A stretch of DNA of 64,000 nucleotides from Macrostomum hystrix (taxonomy: Eukaryota; Animalia; Platyhelminthes). Position 1 is the first letter of the stretch, and each line of letters opens with the position of its first letter. The notes under the pieces were generated by a model, which saw only the letters and a program-made list of their open reading frames with translations, was not told the DNA's origin and did not search any database. The stretch is from positions 372,001-436,000 of the forward strand of contig CATNEN010000026.1 of the NCBI GenBank assembly GCA_950097015.1, read 5' to 3'. The position numbers and the translations under genes are program-made. Positions 50,501-61,584 of this stretch are shown here, piece by piece.

Positions 50501-53500
50501 GCAACGACCACTGCCGCCGGGTCTGGCTGGGCCTGCACGATCGCCAGGCCGGCATGCCGCCAGAGCCGGACGCTCGCAGCAATGAGCAGTCGGTGCGTGA
50601 CTTCATGGCTATCAAATACGAGAAGAAGCGCTACTATGTGTCGCCTAGTGAAGAGCTCTTCGTCGAGGCTCGGGCCATCAACCAGCCAGTGTTCGATCGC
50701 ATTGAGAAGGGCCAAGGCGCCAAGGGTGCTCGCTCCATCCTCGGCATCAACGCGCCGCCCTCAGCTACCGCCGCCAAGCTAGCAGGGCCGCCTGCCCCAG
50801 TATCCGCCTCTGCAACAAGCACAGCTAGGCCAACTGCTCCGGCATCTGCCGCTGCTGTTGCTGCTTCTCTACCCGTCTCTGCTGCACCCGCGCCGCAGCC
50901 GCAGCCGCCAGCCACAGCTAGCAACACCGCCGATCTGCTTGGCGCTGACCTGTTCAGCAGCGGCGGCGGCAGCAATGGCGTCGCTGTCAGCTCATCCGAC
51001 TCCGGATTCGCCAACTTCGACCTGCTTTCATCCGGAGGCAGCGGCGTCAGCCATTCGACAGATTTCTTCGGCGGCGGCCTTCAACAACCGTCGGCGTCAA
51101 CGGCGACTTTGCAGCCCCGAGGAGCCAGCGTCAATGCGGCAGCGGCGCCGTTGACGCAACCCCAGCCGGCTTTCGGCGGCTCCGGCCCCGCCACAGCTGA
51201 CAAGTACGCCGCCTTCGCGGACCTGTTCAACTCGGCTCCGTCCGGTTAGTTTTCTGCTGTACTGTTTCATTTAGCCCATCATAATCTCAGCCCATCCTTA
51301 TCCAACCCCTCCTTATCTCCCCCCCTCCTTATCTCACCCCTTCCTTAACCAACACCCTCCTTATTTCAGCCAATCCTTATATCACCCTCCTTATCTCACC
51401 CCTCCTTATCAACCACCCTCCTTATCTCAGCTAATCCTTATCTCAGCCAATCCTTATCTCAGCTAATCCTTATCTCAGCTAATCCTTATCTCAGCCAATC
51501 CTTATCTCAGCCAATCCTTATCTCAGCCCATCCTTATCTCACCCCATCCTAATCTCACCCATCCTTAAACCGTTTTAAGCACACCTTGTTACTGTAGGCA
51601 TTCTAATAAAAGTTTAATAAAGAGTTCAATTTGACCTTTCACTTAACAAGCAGAAGTTTTGAAGCCAATTTTGTTATGTAATTTATTTATTCGCTAGTTT
51701 AATTGCATTTCTTGTCACCTGGGCTAGATTAGTTTCGCTCTCAAAGATGTAACAACCATGCGGGCGGTTCGTTCAAATCTTAACAGTCCGATTTTTATTG
51801 CATCTCACTTTAAGATTATTTAAGTAAAATTAATTGCTTTATAATTAATAAATTGTTTCACTCACTAATGCACAGATTCAACCAATATAGAAGTCGCTAA
51901 TTCCAGTGGTAAGTAGCTAAGCATCATTGATATAGTTATGCTAATTCTACGTGTAGTTCAACTTTGTTCAAGTTCAAACAACGAAAAACTTTTTAGTTTT
52001 TGTTGCTAGGAATAATCGTTGCCTATCTCTAAGCATTATCAACTGTTATTAGTTATTAGTTATTAGGTTAGGCTCGTGACCAGCCTTTTAGATTAGATAT
52101 GGCTCCGCTTGTTGCAGTGCCCAACTGCCCATGAGTTCGCTGTATATCACAGTGTTTTTTATATATCGCGTTATTTGTCCATTTTCAAGCTATCTATGTT
52201 TGCTCTATTAATAATAAGGCTAAAGATGTGGCCTAATATTATTGCAAGAACAAGATCTTCATTATTTACTATTAATTGCTGTTTGCCTCGCGAAATCGGA
52301 CCGAGTTGCTTAGCTGTTGATTGTTTGACTTGTAATTGTCAAAGAAATCTCATTTGATTGCATCATATATTGCCGTACATTTTCGGTTTAATCATTGCAG
52401 CAGGATGGTATTTCAATAAAAATTTTATTAGGCCCCTCAGGTTCAGTCCGTCACCCACCCTAAGATCCTCAGTTCAGGGTCTCACCCACCCTAAGATCCT
52501 CAGGTTCAGTCCATCACCCACCCTAAGATCCTCAGGTTCAGTCCATCACCCACCCTAAGATCCTCAGGTTCAGTCCATCACCCACCCTAAGATCCTCAGG
52601 TTCAGGGTCTCACCCACCCTAAGATCTTCAGGTTCAGGGTCTCACCCACCTAAAGATCCTCAGGTTCAGTCCGTCACCACCCACCCTAAGATCCTCAGGT
52701 TCAGGGTCTCACCCACCCTAAGATCCTCAGGTTCAGGGTCTCACCCACCCTAAGATCCTCAGGTTCAGTCCATCACCCATCCAAAGATCCTCAGGTTCAG
52801 TCCATCACCCATCCAAAGATCCTCAGGTTCAGTCCATCACCCATCCAAAGATCCTCAGGTTCAGTCCATCACCTACCCTAAGATCCTCAGGTTCAGTCCA
52901 TCACCTACCCTAAGATCCTCAGGTTCAGTCAATCACCTACCCTAAGCCGAACCCTCAGGTTTGGGGTATTCGCAGTCCGAGCACCTGCACAAATTCTCGC
53001 TAGCTAGTCAGGCATTTTTACTAATCCAAATTGTCAGGCCCGAGTGCTTTCTCAACTGGCGTCTCCGCCCAGCCCGCTGCTGCCCCCATGCCCAGCGGAC
53101 CAATTGATTGGTCGGGCGGCGCCGGTTTCGGCGGCGGTGCCGGCAGCGGCGGCGGCATCAACTGGGGCGGCGTCGGCGGCGTCGGCAACAATGGCGGCTT
53201 TCATCCTGCTGCGACTAGCAGCGCGCCAACTTCCACGGCGCCTTGGGCCGGAGCAGCTCAGCCCAGCTGGGACGCTATGGGCGGCGGCAGCATTGGCGGA
53301 GTCTCTTCTTCGCAGTCTTGGAACGCAAACTGGGGCGGTGGCGGCGGTGGCGGCGGCGGCGGCGGCATGTCCTGGGCGTCGGCGGCTCCGGTATCAACAA
53401 CGGCGTCCTCAACAGGCTTCGGAGGCGGCGGCGGCGGCGGAGCGAGTAATCCGTTTAATCCTTTCGGCGGTGGCGGCATGCAGCCGCAGCAGCAGCCCCA

Positions 53501-53609
53501 GATTGCTAATCCATTCTTCGGTGTCGGTGGCGGAGTCGGCGGACCTCCGTCTTATTATCAGCAGCAGCAGCCGCCGCAGCCATCTGCCGGTACCAATCCG
53601 TTTCTATAA
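41526..53609 (+). CDS. AGFG1: ArfGAP with FG repeats (AGFG1/HRB/drongo), 3 exons, about 521 aa
   Basis: Exons 41526-41689, 50415-51244 and 53038-53609 total 1566 nt. CFDC-x16-CTGC zinc finger, SGILRGLNPPHRVKSISMASFTPEE, KYEKKRYY, four C-terminal NPF motifs. Confidence 0.94.
41942..42625. mobile_element. Mutator-like foldback MITE with ~100-bp TIRs, AGFG1 intron 1
   Basis: 41947-42046 is the reverse complement of 42520-42619; CAATTAAATA is duplicated at 41932-41 and 42626-35. Confidence 0.85.
44540..44804. mobile_element. MITE family A, copy 2, nested in the hAT
   Basis: TIR CATACATG(T/C)GCAAC; 8-bp TSD tacac(g/a)tt with one mismatch. Confidence 0.88.
44991..45088. mobile_element. MITE family A, copy 3 (98-bp deletion derivative, inverted)
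   Basis: Perfect TIRs; 8-bp TSD ATGGAAAT. Confidence 0.9.
45121..47915 (-). pseudogene. Disrupted hAT transposase with two introns
   Basis: Motifs NEGNFRALLQF, IMADETLDSSRTKQLSISVRYV, GQAYDGAPNMSG, PCVSHGLNL, DTRW, PVSTATAERSFSTLK..LRST. Frameshifts near 47410 and 46840, premature TGA at 45439-41; introns 46213-46284 (GT-AG) and 45853-45945 (GC-AG). Confidence 0.9.
47920..48394 (-). pseudogene. N-terminal half of a second, different mariner transposase
   Basis: VYRWYTRF..RTGRPRS HTH region and WVPHVL motif; breaks off at the first catalytic Asp region (..K*VVKD). Confidence 0.85.
48635..49125 (-). mobile_element. 3' fragment of a Gypsy-type LTR retrotransposon (integrase tail, PPT, 3' LTR)
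   Basis: KPLEAPYQGPFKV..VSIERIKP (GPY/F module); polypurine tract GAGGGGGGAG at 48844-54; ~205-bp LTR candidate TGTA..AATAAA..TACA at 48839-48635. Confidence 0.8.
51290..51565. repeat. 16-bp C-rich minisatellite (ccttatctcagccaat)n, AGFG1 intron 2
   Basis: Tandem copies. Confidence 0.85.
52435..52945. repeat. 32-bp minisatellite (gatcctcaggttcagtccatcacccaccctaa)n, AGFG1 intron 2
   Basis: Tandem copies. Confidence 0.93.
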
Positions 53610-53974
53610 GTAACTGCAAACTCAATTATTTTCAATTCTTACGAGTATATTGCTAAGGAAAGCGGGTCGGGCAAGCAGTTTTTTGGCTATTGGCGAACTT
53701 GCAAATTCATAATTTTTTCCTAATATTTTCTCTTTTCGTCACTTTGATTATGTGGCAAATGGAGAACGGCGTGTTGTTGCTTCAGAGTTGAATCTCATTG
53801 CCCGCTTAAATTGCTTCCGCCACCACTATTCTCTTCAACTATTTTGACATCCTAAATTCTGTGTTAACTTTACTTTTTTTCTTCTGTAGGCAAGTCCAAT
53901 TTTAAAGTCTGTAAGTAAGAAAACAAAAGCAAAAATTTTTTTATGTCTGAAAATCCACATTGATGTCAGAGAAT

Positions 53975-54910
53975 CACCATTGTTCTAGATTTCCCCATGT
54001 TGGAGAATCCCCATTGTTCTAGACTCCCCATGTTGGAGAATCCCCATTGTTCTAGACTCCCCATGTTGGAGAATCCCCATTGTTCTAGATTTCCCCATGT
54101 TGGAGAATCCCCATTGTTCTAGATTTCCCCATGTTGGAGAATCCCCATTGATCTAGATTTCCCCATGTTGGAGAATCCCCATTGTTCTAGATTTCCCCAT
54201 GTTGGAGAATCCCCATTGTTCTAGATTTCCCCATGTTGGAGAATCCCCATTGTTCTAGATTTCCCCATGTTGGAGAATCCCCATTGTTCTAGATTTCCCC
54301 ATGTCGAAGAATCTGTTCTGGTTTCCCTTTGTCGGAGAATCCACATAGTTCTGGATTTCCCATGTCGGAGAATCCACACGGTTCTGGATTTACCTATGTC
54401 GAAGAATCCACACGGTTCTGGATTTCCCTATGTCGGAGAATCCACATGGTTCTGGATTTCCCATGTCGGAGAATCCACATAGTTCTGGATTTCCCATGTC
54501 GGAGAATCCACACGGTTCTGGATTTACCTATGTCGAAGAATCCACACGGTTCTGGATTTCCCTATGTCGGAGAATCCACATGGTTCTGGATTTCCCATGT
54601 CGGAGAATCCACATAGTTCTGGATTTCCCATGTCGGAGAATCCACATGGTTCTGGATTTCCCATGTCGGAGATTCCACATAGTTCTGGATTTCCCTATGT
54701 CGGAGAATCCACATGGTTCTGGATTTCCCATGTCGGAGAATCCACATAGTTCTAGATTTCCCATGTCGAAGAATCCCCATAGTTCTGGATTTCCCATGTC
54801 GGAGAATCCACACGGTTCTGGATTTCCCCAGGTCGGAGAATCCACACGGTTCTGGATTTCCCCAGGTCGGAGAATCCACACGGTTCTGGATTTCCCCAGG
54901 TCGGAGAATC
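53975..54910. repeat. 33-34-bp minisatellite with an internal imperfect hairpin and two subtypes
   Basis: tagatttccccatgttggagaatccccattgttc grades into ggatttcccatgtcggagaatccacatagttct. Confidence 0.95.
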
Positions 54911-55509
54911 GACTAATCGCAGTAATTTTCTGTTTCCAGTCGCCACTAATGTAAACTGTTTGAAATATTCGTGTCTGCTCTCTATTTCTCTGTCTCGATC
55001 TTTCATTAAAATGGAATCGTTTTTAAAAGCAAGAATTTTTCCCTTCTCTAGTGTTGTTAGTAGACAAGCTTGAGCATACGTGCACTTAGTATTTTTTATC
55101 GCCATGTAGACACAGTACTCATTTCTTTTCTGTCGTCAGTCCAGATATATAGAGCTAATTGTCTTGTTTTTCTTTGTTACCATGCATAAAAATGCGTGTT
55201 GAGCATGTTTATCACCTTGTTGAGCCTTTCGTCTGCTCTGCTATTTGTTCGACCGCTCTTCTGTTCGTGTGTCAGCTTGCACCCTTGGCCGCCGCAGTGT
55301 GCTTTGCTGCCCCAAATGTGTGATTGCTTTGTACAGCCTGTGTGCCCCCCAAAATGGGCCGTGTTGCTGTTCCAATCACTTGGCTGTATTTGTATTTTTG
55401 CCAACATCTTTCGTCTCCCTACCTTGTGCTCATTTTCGTTTAGTTATCTTTATCTTGTCCATTTTATTTTGTTATATCTCTTCTGCTCTACTCTCCGCAG
55501 TCCTTAACC

Positions 55510-56260
55510 ACATCCTTCCCCTGTGACTCTACCCCGTTTCTCCGTATCCTTCCCCTCTGATTCTACCCCATTTCTCCCCATCCTTCCCCTGTGACTCTTC
55601 CCCATTTCTCCCCATCCTTCCCCTGTGACTCTACCCCATTTCTCCCCATCCTTCCCCTGTGACTCTACCCCATTTCTCCCCATCCTTCCCCTGTGACTCT
55701 ACCCCATTTCTCCCCATCCTTCCCCTGTGACTCTACCCCATTTCTCCCCATCCTTCCCCTGTGACTCTACCCCATTTCTCCCCATCCTTCCTCTATGACT
55801 CTTCCCATTTCTCCCAATCCTTCCCCTGTGACTCTACCCCATTTCTCCCCATCCTTCCCCTGTGACTCTACCCCATTTCTCCCCATCCTTCCTCTATGAC
55901 TCTTCCCATTTCTCCCAATCCTTCCCCTGTGACTCTACCCCATTTCTCCCCATCCTTCCCCTGTGACTCTACCCCATTTCTCCCCATCCTTCCCCTGTGT
56001 CTCTACCCCATTTCTCCCCATCCTTCCCCTGTGACTCTACCCCATTTCTCCCCATCCTTCCCCTGTGACTCTACCCCATTTCTCCCCATCCTTCCCCTGT
56101 GACTCTACCCCCTTTCTCCCCATCCTTCCCCTGTGACTACCCCATTTCTCCCCATCCTTCCTCTATGACTCTTCCCATTTCTCCCAATCCTTCCCCTGTG
56201 ACTCTACCCCATTTCTCCCCATCCTTCCCTTGTGACTGTACCCCATTTCTTCCCTTCCTC
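55510..56260. repeat. 34-bp minisatellite with three C4 tracts per unit
   Basis: (gactctaccccatttctccccatccttcccctgt)n. Confidence 0.95.
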
Positions 56261-57603
56261 CCCCGTGACTCAAACCCCAGTTCTTTCCTACCTTCCCCTC
56301 TTTCCGTGCCCCTGCTTTGACCCAACTTTCATATTCTTCATCCACCCGTTCTTGTCTCATTCCTTCATATCTCACATTCCCACATTGTCTCTGCTGCTCA
56401 TTTCGTAAATTTCGTGCAATTTCGCGATCCCGTTCCCAATGTCCGTTCTCTAAGACCTATATTTGTTGTGCATACTACAAGTAGTATACTTTGTCAGAGT
56501 ACAAATTCAGTGTATTCGGCACGCGCCCTTATAATTTATGCCGCTGGTTTATGCAAAATTCTTTAGTTTTGATTGCTAATTTGCTATTTAAATTCCATCG
56601 CGCGCACACATTGCCGTACGTTTTGGTGTATGCTTTACACTTTTCTGTCTTAAAATAAGACTTCAAGTGTTGCTTGGTATATCTTTAGTGCAGGCAGATT
56701 TACTAAAATAACTATCTTATCTTAACGACTGACGCTAACAGCTACGCCACAGTATCTTCTTCGATTTCTTCTGGGAATTTCCGATGACAAAAACGCCTTT
56801 CAAGCTGTTCTTATAGGACTAACTGATCTGTTGCAATCACATTTGTCTGTCTCCCAGTTCTGTTTCAACATAACATTTCTTTTCTGTGGCGATTCCTAAA
56901 TGATTTCCAATTATTCAATGCATACTACTCTTATCTGTGTTACTGTTCAGTAGTATATCATTAAGGGCCGCATAGCCTTTCTAAACTGCAGAGCGCTGAA
57001 CTGACCCAATTGTGATTGTTTCTGGCTTTAACTGAGTCGCTTCTCTTTGCTCTCTCGCTGTCTCTCGCTCTCCGTTTAATTCCCTATATTTTTTCGCTGG
57101 ATAGACTTGGATTAATTTGACGCATGCATACTTGAACACTATAATTAAATATCCACGCATATACTTGCATAAATATATTTATTTACAGGCCTAAAGTATA
57201 ACTATTGGCTCTTTAAAATAGCAAGATTGTCAAAATTGTTAAAGCGTTTAAATCTAGCCGAATATTTTTAACTGTCCTGGTGTTTTATATTAAATTCAGT
57301 TTAAATTCCTAGTTTAAAGTAGGTAATTAGGTTCCTGTCAGACAATCATCGTTTTGGCAGTCAGACAAAGTCGGCAATGATTGCATCAAAGTGGTTAACC
57401 GTTCCGATTTTGAATTAAATTCTTATTAGCAAGAGCGGCCTCATCAACTGACCGAAAGTATATAGGCCGTTTGGTTTGAAGCAGAAGCTGCAACCACCGT
57501 GCCACCAGCCGCTGCCACACTTATTTTCACAGTTGAATGTAGACTTTTAATCGTACTTGTCATACATGGCACTTCACTCGTTGGATGGAGACTTCTGAAC
57601 CAT

Positions 57604-57835
57604 AAATAATAACAAACATTGCAGGAGTGCTGCGGGCAATGGCACATCATTTGGTGACACTCGACCCACAGCCAGCGAGGAGGCAATTCTGCCCATTTTC
57701 GCTGACTCCTGAGCATACACGCACACAGATACTGTACGCAGGCACATGCTCACACAAGGGTGTACAACTGCCCTGACTTTCTCATCTTCAAGGTAGTGTA
57801 CACTTTCAATGTGACTTGGAGGTTGGCCCTCAAGG
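57604..57835 (-). mobile_element. 5'-truncated copy of the tRNA-derived SINE
   Basis: Colinear with about 27684-27900; lacks the tRNA head. Confidence 0.88.
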
Positions 57836-59369
57836 ACCACTAGGAGTAGGACAGAAAACTACGTTTCTTAGAAAAATAATTATGGCTGGTTTTCGCGAAA
57901 AATACGCTATGGAGATAGGAAATTTAGGAAATAGGAGATTTAAAGGATGACAGGTTTTGACTTGAAGCAGAGATACGAAGCTGTACATGTACATGACAGT
58001 TTGATCTTCATACGGTTTTCTTTACTTATAAAGATCCAATTCACTGGCAATGTTTTTGCAGTTTTTGTTTTTAGCTATCTCCGTAGTGTATTTTTTCGCC
58101 AAAAACTGCCTTCAATTTTTTTCTAAGAAACGAAGTGTTTCGAGTCTTTCCTCTCTTCTTTCTGGTGACTATGATTTTAATCTCACTGATGCCATCAAAG
58201 TTGTTCTAGTGCTTATTTAATATCCCACCAGTGTCACTAAAGTTGCTGTGACTTTTATTATCCTAATTGATATCAATCGTCTGAGGATTATTGTACATTG
58301 TAATATCTTATTACAGGATTTATTCTCCCTGTGGGGTTATGTTACCCGACTTCTGGCTCATTCCGAGCGTGCAGGTGCGGTTCGAGTCCAGAGCTCCAAT
58401 GTCCAGCCTGTACAGTTCATTCTCCCGAATCCCTCCCGGTACTCAGGACAGGACCTGTTGCTCAGAGCTACGTGCAGAACTCGGTGCCGGCAGGTGCGCC
58501 TGCAGGCTTTGCTGTTGTGTTGCGGTAGCGGCTTCACCTGCAACGAGTCACAATGTGCCTATACTCGCATGTATCCAGAGGTGGCTTTTGAGCTCCTGCA
58601 TCCGGACTCGCCTCACACGAAACTGTACAGGTGGTAGGCGCCATAAGAGGCTGACGCGGCGTCGTCAGCTGCAACCTGGCCCACATCTGCTCTGGCAGTA
58701 AAGCAAGTTCTTCAGCATATCAGCGAGTGAGGCAAGCTTCGACGTTCAGTTATTGAAAGCAATCAGCAGTGATCAGCCAGCACTCTCTTGATCCGCCTTT
58801 CATCCGTTTTTTGGCTTCTGGCATGCGCGCCCTATGGATCATTGGGCAAAAATTTTCTGACTTCGGCCTGACCATTCCCTGACCGATAATATTGATCCGA
58901 AAAAATATAGCAGACCTCTAGCATTGTGTTTTTATCAGTACACAGTTCTCAGTGTTGAGAAAAAATCCTCGTGTCTGATGCAATTGACGAATTTGATGAC
59001 AATTAGCAATCAGCTATGCAATAATCCTTCCGTTTACCGTTTAAGGTTGATGTATTTTTCTCTTGGTTGGTCAAGAGTAAACCTTCGTATTTTACGTTAT
59101 TATATTATACGTAAAACTATTTTACATCGTACGAGTACAAGCGTACGATTGCTTATTTATTTCGCACCATGAATCCAAGCAGCTCTACTTTGTACTATTA
59201 TTCGAGGAAATATTGACGCACACAACTTCCACTTTAGGCACACGATGCACTTATGCAGTAGTCTATGGACTGTTTGTTTCGTGAAGGCTGCAAGTGTCCG
59301 CCGAGTTATAGCTTTCAATTTGCGCCCGAAAAATTAGAGAAAAAGTTCGAAGCGAAAAAGTGCAGCAAG

Positions 59370-60666
59370 ATGTCCAAGTACCGCGGCTTCACCGTTTCAT
59401 TCAACGCCATCGGTGCAGGCAAGACCACTCGCAAATACCTCCTACTCGCCATCAGCGAGTACCTGACGCCGCTGTTGGATCCCGCCAATAAGAACATGAT
59501 CGAAGCCAAGTGCAGCTGCCAGTTGGTGATAAACACCCGCTCTGTCTATCGGCGAGGCTCCGGAGACTACTGGGTGAAGTACCAGCTGATCGTGGTGATA
59601 GCTCCGACCAGGTCCAAGCATGAGCAGGTGAGGCCTCAGTCGAACTGGATAAGACGGTGATAAGCCAACTACTTGATTTGTATGGAATGGAGTGGCTATT
59701 ACGTCTTTTGTTAACATATTCGAAAATTGTGCATTCAGGCAAGTTTGTTGAATCCGTACGTAGCATATTTGCAGTCAGCTGAGTCATAAATAGGACTTAA
59801 GGCTCAATCGAGGTCAATCCTCGAACCAAACCAACTGAAATCAGTAGCTGATCAATCCAGTCGACTAGAAACGCCGTGAAATCTCACCCAAGTACTTCCC
59901 CATGGTAACATGGGGAAAAATGGGATAAAATGAGGATTTCGTGTCAACTAAAGGCTTTAGAATGGAGCCAGAGTTCAGTACTCGATTCAGTACTGAAAAA
60001 TATTAAATTCAAGTATCTTGTCTGTCTTCTTTGTAACTTTAGTCTAATTATTATTAGATGTGTGATTGCAAAGAAAAAATTACCCTACAGGCCAAGCGGC
60101 TAATCGAGAACCTTCTCCCGGGCAGTGTTGACCTAACGGAGTACCACGACACGGCCAGTGCCCGCTTGCAGTGCAACGAATTCGTGCCGGACAACAAGCC
60201 CCTAGTCTACGGCTACCAGCGCGTCGGAATCGCGCGCAACACCTTCGGCGAAGTCGACGACCTTAAGTCGCCGGCTGCGCCAACGCGAGATCGGGAGACA
60301 GGCCGCCTGGCGGCACCCTGGCTCATGACGAAGCGCGAGCGGAATGGAGTATTTTTAACTACCAAGAACTTCCCGCTGCAGCGTAAGCTAAATATAGTAA
60401 ACCTGCTGGACATGCTGCTGTTGGGTGTTGGCGACAGAGAAAATAGTGAGAACCAGTCGAACGCCGAGCTTTCGAATAATAACGTGGATGTTCTAGAAGA
60501 TGAAGCGGGATTGCCTAGGCACGCGCTGAGTCGTAGGCGGGGCCGGACATCTGCAATGCCGGAAACTGGCTTGAAGATGGAGAAGACGGTGACGGAGGCA
60601 CTGGCAGCTACGTCGGATTTCGTGGCCAAAGTCGTCCGTCCGCCCGTGAGCTTCGGCTGTCAGTAG
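59370..60666 (+). CDS. Unrecognised protein, 2 exons (59370-59627, 60091-60666), about 277 aa; start uncertain
   Basis: Two GC-rich, non-repetitive ORFs joined in phase 0 by CAG|GTGAGG and CCCTACAG|GCC; no family recognised. Confidence 0.65.
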
Positions 60667-60781
60667 ATAATGATATCCCAAATGATAATTCTTGTGAATT
60701 TATGTGAAGATGCCATTGCACCGCAAGGTTACTAGTAGCATTGTAGACTTAGTTGCGTATTAAAATTTGAAGCGCACGCCT

Positions 60782-61195
60782 ATTGGTTGCAAGTGAGGAG
60801 TGAAAAGTGCCAGATTTCTCTCTCCTGTCTTGACGCTCATTGGTTGCAAGTGAGGAGTGAAAAGTGCCAGATTTCTCTCTCCTGTCTTGACGCTCATTGG
60901 TTGCAAGTGAGGAGTGAAAAGTGCCAGATTTCTCTCTCCTGTCTTGACGCTCATTGGTTGCAAGTGAGGAGTGAAAAGTGCCAGATTTCTCTCTCCTGTC
61001 TTGACGCTCATTGGTTGCAAGTGAGGAGTGAAAAGTGCCAGATTTCTCTCTCCTGTCTTGACGCTCATTGGTTGCAAGTGAGGAGTGAAAAGTGCCAGAT
61101 TTCTCTCTCCTGTCTTGACGCTCATTGGTTGCAAGTGAGGAGTGAAAAGTGCCAGATTTCTCTCTCCTGTCTTGACGCTCATTGGTTGCAAGTGA
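60782..61195. repeat. 57-bp perfect tandem repeat, about 7.3 copies
   Basis: attggttgcaagtgaggagtgaaaagtgccagatttctctctcctgtcttgacgctc repeated without visible variation. Confidence 0.97.
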
Positions 61196-61584
61196 GACGC
61201 CTATTATTTTAAAATAGCCACACGTCAATTTATCTGCGTACAATTGCTTTCCAGCATCTTCAAACACATTTTTGTAACCTACGAACTGTAAATAAATACT
61301 ATATAATATACTTCGCTGTTTGCTTCTAGTATATGGTACTCATTAGGGCAACCAGAAGTACAGCTTAAACATAATAAACAAAACATTCATTCTTTCGTTT
61401 AAATTATTTCTGCACAAGTAAATTTCAGAGGAAACAGAGTATTCGTGGTTGGTTAAATGCTACTTCGTAGAATTCATTTCCGTATATTGGTAATCATCCA
61501 AGGAACAAAATTTTGAACTACGCCAAAAATGTAGAAACAAATATCTTGTCACTTATTTTTTGTATGGCCACAATAATTATACAT

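Noticed and set aside
53975-54910. CRISPR-like appearance (palindromic ~33-bp repeats); likewise the 57-bp array
   Set aside because: No unique spacers, no cas genes, and a eukaryotic context.
59400-59430. GAGKTT as a Walker A motif in the unknown protein
   Set aside because: The residue at the first G/A position of GxxxxGK[ST] is Asn, and no Walker B is evident. A faint Rep/HUH-like spacing was also dismissed because there are no HUH histidines or catalytic Tyr motif.
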